40,000 bases of DNA from the NCBI GenBank assembly GCA_019359015.1, contig JAHHID010000001.1, forward strand, positions 3,274 through 43,273, written 5' to 3'. Source of the stretch: Spirirestis rafaelensis WJT71-NPBG6. Lineage in GTDB: Bacteria; Cyanobacteriota; Cyanobacteriia; Cyanobacteriales; Nostocaceae. Numbering within the stretch: the first letter of the stretch is position 1; each line of letters opens with the position of its first letter. This document shows positions 1 to 9,114 of the stretch, piece after piece. The notes under the pieces are model-generated. The model was not told where the DNA came from, searched no databases, and worked only from the letters and a program-made list of their open reading frames with translations. Both the position numbers and the translations under genes were made by a program.

Positions 1-152
1 TGGTAACTGGGTGCATTATCTACACGCACTTGCAATTCTCCACATGACGCAAACTGAGAACGGATGGCGTTTTCCGCAACGCGATCAACTGCGATTCCCA
101 CGGGGGAGACTAAGCCCAGCAAACCTGATAGAAGGATTGTGAGGAATTCCAT
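1..152 (-). CDS. 5' fragment of a CDS running off the left edge (hypothetical, hydrophobic N-terminus, possibly DUF2993-like)
   Basis: Hand translation of the minus strand from ATG at 152-150 gives MEFLTILLSGLLGLVSPVGIAVDRVAENAIRSQF... and stays open to position 1. It is too short in this window to appear in the ORF track. Confidence 0.4.
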   Translation of the reverse strand, partial: MEFLTILLSGLLGLVSPVGIAVDRVAENAIRSQFASCGELQVRVDNAPSY

Positions 153-257
153 TTTTTTGAAGATATTTTTTAACGCACCAGGTAGCTGAGGATAACGCAA
201 AGGAACGCGGAGTATTTCTCTGCGAACCCCTGCGTAAGCGTTGGTGTCCCTCTGCGT

Positions 258-2072
258 TTATTTTTTAACTTCTATTGCTTCAGAAATCCACTGTTTCAGG
301 GTTGTCACGACTTCATCAATAGCGATTTCTTGAGATTGGCGAGTTCGGCGTTCGACTACTTCGACTTTGTTGTTGGCGATCGCTCTTCCTGTTACAATCC
401 TGTAGGGGATGCCTATTAAATCGGCGTCTTTGAATTTAACGCCTGCACGCTCATCACGGTCATCGAGTAAGGTTTCTACTCCCGCTTGATTGAGTTCTGT
501 GTAAACTTTTTCGGCGATTTGGACTTGTTGAGCATCTTTTATGTTAGGGATTGTGACTATGGCGTGATAAGGCGCGATCGCTACCGGAAAGATAATTCCG
601 TCTTTGTCATAAGATTGCTCTACAGCGGCTTGAGCTAATCGAGATACGCCGACTCCATAACAACCCATGTATAAAGGTTTATCTTCACCTTGTTCGTTGG
701 TGTAATTTGCCCCCATGATTTGGGAATATTTGGTTCCTAATTGAAAAATATGCCCTACCTCGATTCCCCGCGCTGTCTGTAGAGTTTCTTCGGGGTTGTG
801 CATGGCGCGATCGCCTGGTCTAGCTTTCCGTATATCTACTACTAATTCTGGTTTTTTAATTTGCTCTCCCCAATTTGCCCCTACTACGTGATAGCCTGAT
901 TGATTTGCACCTGTGACAAAGTTCTTTAAATCGACTACTGTTTTATCTACCAACCGGACAAACTTAGGTGAAACATCTTTGGTAGACTGAATATAATCAT
1001 CAGCGACATCGGGCGCAATGTAACCCAAAGGAAGAGATTTTGCCGCCCATTTTTGCTGCGCTTCTGCATCTGGTACGCTTAAACCGATAATAGTTTTAGC
1101 GCCGTACTGGGAAGCTAGTTTTGTTAACTCATTGTGCAACTTGACTTCATTAACTTCTTGATCGCCGCGAATGCTCACCAGCACTAAAACTGTTGTCCCA
1201 TTATCGTAAACTGTCTGATAAAGGACGTTTTTGACAACTTGGGTAGGAGAACATTTGAGGAATTTGCAAAGTGTCTCAATTGTTTCTGTCCCTGGTGTTT
1301 CGCGCTTTTCAAATGTTGTAAACTGTGAGGGTTCAGCATCAGCGGGTAAAGAAACAGCCTTTTCGACGTTAGCCGCGTATTTACCATCTTCAGTGTAAAG
1401 AACTTCATCTTCACCAGCTTCCGCCAATACCATAAATTCTGTAGAATCAGATCCGCCAATTGCACCAGAATCTGCTTCCACTGCTCGGAAAGCTAAACCA
1501 GAACGCCGCAACATATTGCTGTATGCTGTGTACATATCTTGGTAAGTTTTTCTGAAGCTTTCTTCATCGGCGCTGAAGGAGTAGCCATCCTTCATAATAA
1601 ATTCGCGTCCGCGCATTAAACCGAAGCGGGGACGAATTTCATCACGGAACTTAGTTTGAATTTGGTAGAGATGCAGCGGTAATTGGCGGTAAGAGCGAAT
1701 CATATCACGAGCGATCGCTGTAATTATTTCCTCGTGAGTTGGACCAAGCGCCAATTGTTCGTCTTTGCGATCAATCAGGGAAAACATGATTCCCTCAGCT
1801 TTTGTATAAGTATCCCAGCGACCAGATTCGCGCCATAATTCAGCGGGTTGTAATTGTGGTAGCAAACATTCTTGTGCCCCTGTGGCATTCATTTCTTCGC
1901 GCACAATTTGAGATACTTTTTGTAAAACGCGCCACATCAAGGGGAGATATGCATAGAGACCTCGACCGATGCGACGAATATAACCTGCACGGACTAGTAA
2001 CTTGTGGCTGGGAATCTCGGCATCAGCTGGATCGTCCCGGAGTGTAACGAATAACATTTGTGACAGTCGCAT
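258..2072 (-). CDS. proS: Prolyl-tRNA synthetase
   Basis: The ORF 258..2132 translation has class II ProRS hallmarks ([34 protein letters not shown]..., editing-domain insert, C-terminal anticodon-binding region). The likely true start is the internal MRLSQ Met at 2072; the 20 upstream codons look like read-through. Confidence 0.93.
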   Translation of the reverse strand: MRLSQMLFVTLRDDPADAEIPSHKLLVRAGYIRRIGRGLYAYLPLMWRVLQKVSQIVREEMNATGAQECLLPQLQPAELWRESGRWDTYTKAEGIMFSLIDRKDEQLALGPTHEEIITAIARDMIRSYRQLPLHLYQIQTKFRDEIRPRFGLMRGREFIMKDGYSFSADEESFRKTYQDMYTAYSNMLRRSGLAFRAVEADSGAIGGSDSTEFMVLAEAGEDEVLYTEDGKYAANVEKAVSLPADAEPSQFTTFEKRETPGTETIETLCKFLKCSPTQVVKNVLYQTVYDNGTTVLVLVSIRGDQEVNEVKLHNELTKLASQYGAKTIIGLSVPDAEAQQKWAAKSLPLGYIAPDVADDYIQSTKDVSPKFVRLVDKTVVDLKNFVTGANQSGYHVVGANWGEQIKKPELVVDIRKARPGDRAMHNPEETLQTARGIEVGHIFQLGTKYSQIMGANYTNEQGEDKPLYMGCYGVGVSRLAQAAVEQSYDKDGIIFPVAIAPYHAIVTIPNIKDAQQVQIAEKVYTELNQAGVETLLDDRDERAGVKFKDADLIGIPYRIVTGRAIANNKVEVVERRTRQSQEIAIDEVVTTLKQWISEAIEVKK

Positions 2073-2207
2073 CGTGTGTCCTTTTCCAGATTCGATAATT
2101 TCTATCTCAGTTAAAGTCTCTTGAAGTATCAAGTATGAAGTATAAAGTGTAAAGTCTTAAACTTTCTGCCTCAATTTTTTCTTTTAGGAATTTCTAATTT
2201 TTTTGTA

Positions 2208-2343
2208 CCCGACACCCTAAAGGGTGCGGCTATACGAGCGAAGCCCACCTTCGTGGGCTAAGAAAATCACGAATTTCAGCCTTTTTTAGCCTGCGGAGGC
2301 AGGCTTTGTTTGTATAGCCCCACCCTTCTAGGGTGAGGGTTTG
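2208..2343. repeat. Dispersed nested-hairpin (MITE-like) repeat, expanded copy
   Basis: Contains cccgacaccctaaagggtgcggctatacgagcgaagccc... and ...agcctgcggaggcaggctttgtttgtatagccccacccttctagggtgaggg. The same module occurs compactly at 6397-6490, with partial copies at 36221-36262 and 37330-37400. Confidence 0.6.
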
Positions 2344-2389
2344 AAAACACCCCCCAGTCCAAGCGTCCCCAATCGAGGAGAAAACCACC

Positions 2390-3763
2390 TTGTCTGATGT
2401 AATTTATCAAGCACAACCACCCTTAGAATTTATTCCGCCGGCGCTGAACCCTTTGTTTTTGAGATTTGTCCATCTGTTTTTACCCAGTTGGATGCGTTGG
2501 AAAACTGCGATCGCTGATGTTGAAGCAGACAAAGTAGAGATTTTGGTGGATCTCTATCGCCAATTTCAAGATGGTAAGATCCGCTTTATGTTGGCGTTTC
2601 GTCATCCGAAAACAGACGATCCATTTTGTTTAGCTTACTTGATGAAGCAACTCGTGCCAAAGGTAGCACGAGATAAGGGTACAACGCTACAGTTGCCGAT
2701 TCATGCTCATTTTATCTACGATCGCGGTATTCCTCTGTGGGCTGGTTCCTACGTCGGTTGGATCGCTTCTAATTTGGCTGCTACACCGATTCAGCGGGGT
2801 AAAGCTGATTGGACGGGTTTGCGATCGGCACGGGAATTGTTTGTGAATGGTAAATTCCCGATGGCGGCGGCGCCAGAAGGTGGTACTAATGGTTTGAGTG
2901 AGTTGATCAGTCCATTGGAACCGGGAATCGCGCAATTAAGCTTTTGGTGCGCGGAAGATTTGCACAAAGCACAACGCTCTGAGCAGGTTTTAATTGTACC
3001 AGTTGGAATTAAATATAATTATGTCGAAGAGCCTTGGGAAGCGATCGCTCATCTTTTAAGTGAATTAGAAGCAGCTAGCGGTTTACCAGTAGGACAAAGT
3101 AATGCTACCTTCGAGTCGCTTTATCCCAGGCTGTTAAATGTGGCTGAACATTTAATGTCCTTGATGGAAAAGTTTTACACGCGGTTTTATCATCAAAAGC
3201 TGCCAGAAATCAAGATTGCAGAAGGACAGGATAGAAATGAAGCGTTAGCATCTCGACTTCAAGCGATGTTAAATATAATTCTACAAGTACCAGAGCAATA
3301 TTTTGACTTGCAGCCAAAAGGAAATTTAATCGATCGCTGTCGTCGAGTAGAGCAAGCGGGGTGGAATTATATATTTAGAGAAGAATTTAAAGATGCCAAA
3401 ACGCTGTCTGCTGTAGAAAAAGGTTTAGGCGATCGCATTGCAGAAGAAGCAAATTTGCGAATGTGGCACATGCGACTAGTAGAAAGCTTCGTTGCAGTTA
3501 CAGTTAAATACATTCAAGAAAAACCTACAGCAGAAAGGTTTGCGGAAACAACCTTACTTTTATCGGATATGGTAACACGAATTAAAGGCAGCAATCCCTT
3601 TAAGCGTCCGCAATTAGGTAAGCAACAAGCAAGAATTACCATAGGTGAACCCATATCCGTTTCCGATCGCTATCCGGTCTATAAAGCAACTCGTCAAGGT
3701 GCGAGACAATCAGTTGCTGACTTAACCAAAGATTTGCAGCAAGCGATGGAAAAATTGATTTGA
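2390..3763 (+). CDS. Glycerolipid acyltransferase-family protein (PlsC-like, HX4D motif)
   Basis: The 457-aa ORF has a TTG start. The motif AFRHPKTDDPF fits the HX4D acyltransferase catalytic motif, and EGGTNG fits the downstream block. Confidence 0.7.
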   Translation: MSDVIYQAQPPLEFIPPALNPLFLRFVHLFLPSWMRWKTAIADVEADKVEILVDLYRQFQDGKIRFMLAFRHPKTDDPFCLAYLMKQLVPKVARDKGTTLQLPIHAHFIYDRGIPLWAGSYVGWIASNLAATPIQRGKADWTGLRSARELFVNGKFPMAAAPEGGTNGLSELISPLEPGIAQLSFWCAEDLHKAQRSEQVLIVPVGIKYNYVEEPWEAIAHLLSELEAASGLPVGQSNATFESLYPRLLNVAEHLMSLMEKFYTRFYHQKLPEIKIAEGQDRNEALASRLQAMLNIILQVPEQYFDLQPKGNLIDRCRRVEQAGWNYIFREEFKDAKTLSAVEKGLGDRIAEEANLRMWHMRLVESFVAVTVKYIQEKPTAERFAETTLLLSDMVTRIKGSNPFKRPQLGKQQARITIGEPISVSDRYPVYKATRQGARQSVADLTKDLQQAMEKLI

Positions 3764-3764
3764 G

Positions 3765-3847
3765 GGATAGTGGATAGTGGTTAGTGGTTAGTAGGAACGT
3801 GCGTAGTAGAAAAACTAACAAATATCAACCAACAACTAACAACTAAC
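3765..3847. repeat. STRR-type heptamer inverted repeat (hairpin) downstream of the acyltransferase gene
   Basis: ggatagtggatagtggttagtggttagtagg faces ctaacaaatatcaaccaacaactaacaactaac. The same heptamer family occurs at 29466-29583. Confidence 0.6.
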
Positions 3848-4075
3848 TTTTGTACAGACGTTCTAGTAGTCTGCCAAGGCAACGCGTGCGGGGTTTATGG
3901 TAAGAAAATCAAGTTCTTTCCCCCCCTGCTTCCGCTGCTTCCCCTGCCTCCCCTGCCTGCCTTCACCCGTCAAAATTGGGTTGGTCGAGTACTAGTGGAA
4001 CGTCTCTACCTAACAACGCTCCAACGAACAACAACCTAAAAAAGTTAATTCAGAGCGCATAAAGTGAAATTGGAA

Positions 4076-4654
4076 TTAACCCCATATTATCTGTAAGTCC
4101 AAAACAAACCCTGGTAATATATCTTCTCCAGATAAGCTTGTGGGAGACTCTAATAGTTCTTTTGGTTGCCCTTGTCTATAAATTTCAACGCGACGTGTTT
4201 TTCTATCAATTAGCCAACCCAATTTTACCCCTGCATTCACATATTCAAGCATTTTCGCCTGCGTTTCGCTCAAACTGTCGGATGGGGACATTAACTCCAA
4301 GACAAAATCTGGAGCAATGGGAGGAAACTTTTCGCGTTGTTCTGGTTTAAGCGCGTTCCACCGCTCTAATTGTATCCAGGATACATCGGGGGAGCGGTCA
4401 GGACCATTGGGGAGTTTAAAGCAGGTGGAGGAGTCGAATACCTCTCCGAGTTTTGTTTGACGGTTCCAAATTACAAAATCCGCAATAATCGATGCATTAC
4501 GTTTCCCAGTTTCTCCTCCCGTTGGTGGCATTACTATCAATTCTCCATTGGCATTGCGCTCAAATTTGACATCGGGATTATCCCGACACAGTTGGTAAAA
4601 TTGGTCGTCGTTAAGTTTGACAACATTATTAAAGTTGATGGTAATTGCGGTCAT
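4076..4654 (-). CDS. Uma2-family (DUF820) putative endonuclease
   Basis: 192 aa. Has the typical Uma2 layout: ...FERNANGELIVMPPTGGETGKRNASIIADFVIWN...PDVSWI...PDFVLELMSPSD.... Confidence 0.85.
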   Translation of the reverse strand: MTAITINFNNVVKLNDDQFYQLCRDNPDVKFERNANGELIVMPPTGGETGKRNASIIADFVIWNRQTKLGEVFDSSTCFKLPNGPDRSPDVSWIQLERWNALKPEQREKFPPIAPDFVLELMSPSDSLSETQAKMLEYVNAGVKLGWLIDRKTRRVEIYRQGQPKELLESPTSLSGEDILPGFVLDLQIIWG

Positions 4655-4910
4655 GGCAATAATATGACATTTTGGGAATTAGGTTTTATTATTCATTATC
4701 CACAGGGGTATCGTCCGAGCAAGTTAACTCTTCTGAAAAGGGTAAATACTCATACTCAGGCGTATTGTATAGCATGACGACTCATTTATTTTAGATTGAT
4801 TATATTGCTATCGAAATCATTTTTTTAACGCAGAGGAACGCAAAGGTTTCGCTAAGGTTCGCAGAGTTCTTTATAAATGTATGATAAGGCTGCGAGTGAA
4901 GATAAACACA

Positions 4911-5483
4911 TCATCCAGGAAAAACCTTAGATAAATTAAGAGTTAAATCAGGAAAAGATGGCAAATTAACTGATTCGTTCGGCAAAGAAATAACTTTGCG
5001 TCGATAGCCAAATTTACCTGGCAAATTTTGATAAGGTTCGCTGTAAGATTCCAAGTAATTATCTACTAAATTGAATATCCAATAATCATAAATCCCCGCT
5101 TCAGCATAAAGTGGTAGTTTAACCTCTTGGTCATATTTTAAAGAAGAATCCGCAATTTCAATTAAAAGTAATATATCAGCCGGACTGGGATGAGCATTTA
5201 GATAATCATCAGCGCGATTGCGGACAATTACCCGATCTGGTTCAGGTTCGCTGTAATCTAGTATGATAATCGGTTGTTGCCCTCGCAGCGTTGCACGCTC
5301 TCCTACCAGCTTGTATAATTCTCGCTCTAAGCGTGTCTCACAAACTGCGTGCGGTTTGCCTTTAGCTACCATTGGGATTATTTCTCCTCTAATTAGCTCA
5401 AATCGGTCGTCCTCTTTGAAAAATCCGAGTTCTGCCAAACGTTCATATTCATTTATCGTAAAGCGTTTAGCGGTAATAGTCAT
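4911..5483 (-). CDS. Uma2-family (DUF820) putative endonuclease, second paralog
   Basis: 190 aa: FTINEYERLAELGFF..DDRFELIRGEII.M...H......EPDRVIV...LLLIEIADSSLKYD...K..LYAEAGIYDYWIFN. Confidence 0.85.
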   Translation of the reverse strand: MTITAKRFTINEYERLAELGFFKEDDRFELIRGEIIPMVAKGKPHAVCETRLERELYKLVGERATLRGQQPIIILDYSEPEPDRVIVRNRADDYLNAHPSPADILLLIEIADSSLKYDQEVKLPLYAEAGIYDYWIFNLVDNYLESYSEPYQNLPGKFGYRRKVISLPNESVNLPSFPDLTLNLSKVFPG

Positions 5484-5510
5484 AACAGTTACGGGTGTGT
5501 AGGGATACTT

Positions 5511-6374
5511 TTATTTTAGTGCTTGGAAGTTGATAGGAATGCGTTCTAAAATGCTAGAACCAAATACTTTTTCTAGTTCTAAATACTCAAGATGAACGTA
5601 ACCTATGTGACAGTGACAAGTTTGGTTAGTGCAAGAGCGATCGCCTAAATTATCTTCCCAATTAAAATCATATATATTACCAATTGGTTCTTTAATAAAG
5701 TGGCAACGTCGCATCGTCCCATCACCATCAACTGAAATCGCTGATTTACCAGCGCGGCAACTATGACCTAAGCTCGTATAATGCTGAGTATTTAGATGAA
5801 ACAGCGGATCAATCGACTCAAAAAAATTCCGGTCTTCATCAGACAAATTCCGTAGTTCTCGCTTAACTGCATTAATCCACAGATAAATGTGTTTTGGTAA
5901 CTCGCGACGTAAGGCAGCAATTTCATCTTTGAATTGAGGGAAACCGACAACACCCGCACTAAAACGGACATTTCGTTTGTCGAGTTCTAAACATCTATTT
6001 AGAAAGCTTTCGCGTGATACCCATTCCGGATGAAATGTTGCCCAAAGTGCCAATGTTTCTTTATTACACTCTTCCACCCAATCTAAATTACAAGAAAGAT
6101 TAGTTTGAATTGCCGCCTTATTAACGTGAGTCATTTGAGTTAATTTTACCAATGCTTGCTGATAAAATCGATGAATAAGTGCTTCACCCCAAGGTGTGAA
6201 TAAAATTGAGAATTGGTGTTGTGAATTTTCGGCAATCCAATTTACAAAACGTTCTAATGATTGTTGATCAATAGCTAATTCGGCGGCTGTTTGTTGGCGT
6301 TTAGCAAAAGGGCAATATTCGCAGCCGTAGTTGCAACTTATCAAAGAACCGCGATAGAGAATCGTGAGATGCAT
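5511..6374 (-). CDS. Small radical SAM protein (STM4011-family-like), last gene of the five-gene cassette
   Basis: A CX3CX2C motif (CNYGCEYC) lies 15 aa from the ATG at 6374 (MHLTILYRG...). A C-terminal Cys cluster (CRAG..x20..CHF..x27..CTNQTCHC) suggests an auxiliary Fe-S site. The track start at 6404 is a GTG inside a dispersed repeat, so I prefer the ATG at 6374. Confidence 0.8.
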   Translation of the reverse strand: MHLTILYRGSLISCNYGCEYCPFAKRQQTAAELAIDQQSLERFVNWIAENSQHQFSILFTPWGEALIHRFYQQALVKLTQMTHVNKAAIQTNLSCNLDWVEECNKETLALWATFHPEWVSRESFLNRCLELDKRNVRFSAGVVGFPQFKDEIAALRRELPKHIYLWINAVKRELRNLSDEDRNFFESIDPLFHLNTQHYTSLGHSCRAGKSAISVDGDGTMRRCHFIKEPIGNIYDFNWEDNLGDRSCTNQTCHCHIGYVHLEYLELEKVFGSSILERIPINFQALK

Positions 6375-6396
6375 AGGTGAATTGGTAATTAGAAAA

Positions 6397-6490
6397 GCCG
6401 ACACCCTAGAAGGGTGCAGTTACACGAACAAAGCCTGCGGAGGCAGGCTTCGTTTGTACAGCCCCAGGCTTCTAGCCTGAGGGCGATTTG
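6397..6490. repeat. Dispersed nested-hairpin (MITE-like) repeat, compact copy
   Basis: gccgacaccctagaagggtgcagttacacgaacaaagcctgcggaggcaggcttcgtttgtacagccccaggcttctagcctgaggg. It has three internal palindromes plus a long-range stem, and lies between the two radical SAM genes. Confidence 0.65.
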
Positions 6491-6563
6491 CCAAACCGGG
6501 ATTTTCTTTAAAAATAGATGATGATTAGGTCTTATAATTGCGTCTGCAAAAGTCTAATTTTGC

Positions 6564-7934
6564 TCATTTCAAATCATAAGTTTGCATTAATTGGTTCACT
6601 TTCTCGGAAAATAACCAAGCGCCAATTACATCAGATTTCTCAATACCAACTTCAGTCAAACGCAATATTTGCTTTTCTTGTGTCGCCAAATTCAAAGATA
6701 ACAATTGCGAAAGTTCTGGAAATGCAATTTCATCTGCCCCAAACTGATTTTGATAGTCGGTGAGATTCAAACCTTCATCGGAAAACAAAGATAATAAAAT
6801 ATAGCGACGACGACGTTCTTCAGCATCAAGTTGAAAGCCATAACTAGCATAGTCGAAGGCTTCATCTGGTGTTTGAATATAAGCTTGCAAAATATCGCGA
6901 ATTTCCCTAGACCCTACAGCGTAGTCGTTAGAGTAGTGTAAAGTATCGGTGTAAGAACGTGCCCCACAACCCAAGCCGACCATTCCATCTGCTTGACAGA
7001 AGTAGACGGGAGTGGGGGGTTCGGAGGGAGAAATTCCCCCTTGTCCCAAACGTTGGAACATTCGCATGGAAACTTGAGTATATCCGGAAGAGAGTAAGAG
7101 CGATCGCCCTTCGCGATAACATGCTAAACGTATATCATGCCATTCTTTATCCGAGCGTCCCAAACCTGTCAACGGTCGCACGTACAAGGGATACAAATAA
7201 ATTTCCTTCGGTTGAAAGCGCAGCGCAGCACGTATCGAATACAACCAGCTATCTACAGTTTGTCCGGGAAGTCCGTAAATTAGATCAATATTTATTGTGG
7301 GAAAATTAGCCTCGCGCATCCGATTCAGTGCGGCTTCTACTTGCGCGGTGGTTTGACGGCGACCGGTTGCAAGAACTTCTGACTCGATGAAACTTTGAAC
7401 ACCAATACTTGCTCTATCTACGCCACGCGATCGCAACAATTGTAGTTTATCTTTGTCTGCCGTCTCTGGCGACATCTCTACAGAAACAGGAATATTCTGC
7501 AAACTCGCACCCATCGTTTTTTCTGCAACATTAAGAATTGCTTCTAATTTGTCGATAGGTAACTGAGTTGGTGTACCGCCACCAAGAGCAAATCTGGCAA
7601 AAGACACTTCACCCAGCAATGATTTCACTTGTCGCGCTTGTCGTTCAACGGTGCGAACATATTGACTAACAAAATCCTCATTGTGGGTGACGGTGGTAAA
7701 CAAATTGCAAAATCCGCAACGCATTTCGCAGAAAGGGATGTGGATATAGAGAAAAAGCGCTTGTCTATCTTGCTTTGACCATAAATCTGCGAGTTTGACA
7801 GGCGGAGTGAGGGGACGATAAGCTGTCTTATGCGGGTATGAGTAAACGTAAGCTTGATAAGGCGATCGCTCAAGAAAAGATTTGAGATTTTGCTGTTTTG
7901 CTGTAATCATCTTATGTAAATGGGTTTTGGACAT
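6564..7934 (-). CDS. HemN-like (oxygen-independent coproporphyrinogen-oxidase family) radical SAM protein, STM4012-family-like
   Basis: YVYSYPHKTAYRPL...LYIHIPFCEMRCGFCNLF (CX3CX2C) and a HemN-type core. The first 20 codons of the track ORF (to 7994) overlap hairpin repeats, so the ATG at 7934 (MSKTHL) or 7910 (MITAKQQ) is more plausible. Confidence 0.8.
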   Translation of the reverse strand: MSKTHLHKMITAKQQNLKSFLERSPYQAYVYSYPHKTAYRPLTPPVKLADLWSKQDRQALFLYIHIPFCEMRCGFCNLFTTVTHNEDFVSQYVRTVERQARQVKSLLGEVSFARFALGGGTPTQLPIDKLEAILNVAEKTMGASLQNIPVSVEMSPETADKDKLQLLRSRGVDRASIGVQSFIESEVLATGRRQTTAQVEAALNRMREANFPTINIDLIYGLPGQTVDSWLYSIRAALRFQPKEIYLYPLYVRPLTGLGRSDKEWHDIRLACYREGRSLLLSSGYTQVSMRMFQRLGQGGISPSEPPTPVYFCQADGMVGLGCGARSYTDTLHYSNDYAVGSREIRDILQAYIQTPDEAFDYASYGFQLDAEERRRRYILLSLFSDEGLNLTDYQNQFGADEIAFPELSQLLSLNLATQEKQILRLTEVGIEKSDVIGAWLFSEKVNQLMQTYDLK

Positions 7935-8075
7935 CTTACATTTGAACCCTCCCCCGCCATAGGTTATAAACCTATGGCTAATAGCTAAAGTCATCTAAAG
8001 ATGACTAGAAGAAAGACTAGGCAATGAATTCAGTCCATTAAAATGGACTTGAGCTATTAGCCTGAGATTTCAATC

Positions 8076-8936
8076 TCAGGTGGGTGTGGATGCTAATTGA
8101 GAAGATAGCAAGGTATCATCCGCCGAAGAATCAACCGGCAAAATAAACTCCGCATAGGGAACCGTCCACACTGCCGGATGGCTAAGACGATGACCAGTGT
8201 ATCCATCATCACCATAAGTTGTGCCGTGGTCAGAGCAGAGAATACAAAACGTAGAACCGCGTTTTCGTAAAGCATCCCAGAGTTTTACTAACTGAATATC
8301 GATATATTCCAAGGCAGCGGCGTGAGATTCAATAGTATCTTTTTTAGCACCAGGTAGATAGAAATAATTCGGTTGATGCAAAGCTGAGATATTGATGAAT
8401 AAGAAAAGGCGTTGATTTTTGGGAGTTTGGGCGAGGATTTTTTGGGCGATCGCTACCTGATTTTCTGTAGAGTTAAAATTGGTAACACCTAATTCTGGAC
8501 TCCAGTAACTCTCAGCAAACATTGAGGGAAGCACATTACCCAAAGGATTCCGTTTATTAAAAAAGCCGACACCGCCAATACAAACAGTATGATAGCCTTT
8601 AGCCGCAAATCCACTGATAATATTAGCGCCATCCAACACACAAGTACTTTCCGTGGTGGTACTACTACCCTCAAAACCCAAAGCAAATAGTCTTGGGTGT
8701 ACTCCAGGTTTTACAGGAGTCGGTAGAAAGCCGGCAAAAAAAGCATGATGAGCAGCGTAAGTGAAGTTTCCCGGAGAATGGCGTTCTTCCCAGCCACTTT
8801 CTGGCAAAACTGCTTCTAAATTGGGAGTGCGTCCTTGTGCTAATAAATCTTTCGCAACGTCATAACGCAAAGTGTCTAGAGTAATAAAAAGAATATCGTG
8901 CGTACCAACAACTTGATTCATGTTCAGCATAAGCAT
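8076..8936 (-). CDS. Alkaline-phosphatase/sulfatase-superfamily hydrolase (STM4013-family-like)
   Basis: The N-terminal ILFITLDTLRYD is metal-ligand-Asp-type, and the C-terminal ILCSDHGTTYGDDGYTGH carries a DHG motif. Three candidate ATGs lie at 8936, 8930 and 8921. Confidence 0.72.
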   Translation of the reverse strand: MLMLNMNQVVGTHDILFITLDTLRYDVAKDLLAQGRTPNLEAVLPESGWEERHSPGNFTYAAHHAFFAGFLPTPVKPGVHPRLFALGFEGSSTTTESTCVLDGANIISGFAAKGYHTVCIGGVGFFNKRNPLGNVLPSMFAESYWSPELGVTNFNSTENQVAIAQKILAQTPKNQRLFLFINISALHQPNYFYLPGAKKDTIESHAAALEYIDIQLVKLWDALRKRGSTFCILCSDHGTTYGDDGYTGHRLSHPAVWTVPYAEFILPVDSSADDTLLSSQLASTPT

Positions 8937-8970
8937 TAAAAATTAAAAATAAGTGAAATAGAGTTCATTT

Positions 8971-9114
8971 TCTCGTTCCCAGGTTCAACCTGGGAATGCA
9001 TTCTTTGGAGGCTCTGCCTCCCTTATTCAACAGAAAAATTTAATAATTACACTGATGAGGTACATGAGGCAGAGCCTCATTAATAGCATTCCCAGGTTGA
9101 ACCTGGGAACGAGA
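8971..9114. mobile_element. MITE-like element with 50-bp terminal inverted repeats overlapping the 3' end of the ATP-grasp gene
   Basis: The left arm at 8971-9020 (tctcgttcccaggttcaacctgggaatgcattctttggaggctctgcctc) is nearly the reverse complement of the right arm at 9066-9114. A sibling copy lies at 12836-12943. Confidence 0.6.

Noticed and set aside
2073-2132. N-terminal extensions given by the ORF track (proS to 2132, rSAM genes to 6404 and 7994, 15707, 18145, 23802, 35402, 19454)
   Set aside because: The extensions start at alternative codons or run through dispersed repeats. They lack ribosome-binding sites, whereas the internal ATGs align with the expected family N-termini and have GGAG-type sites.
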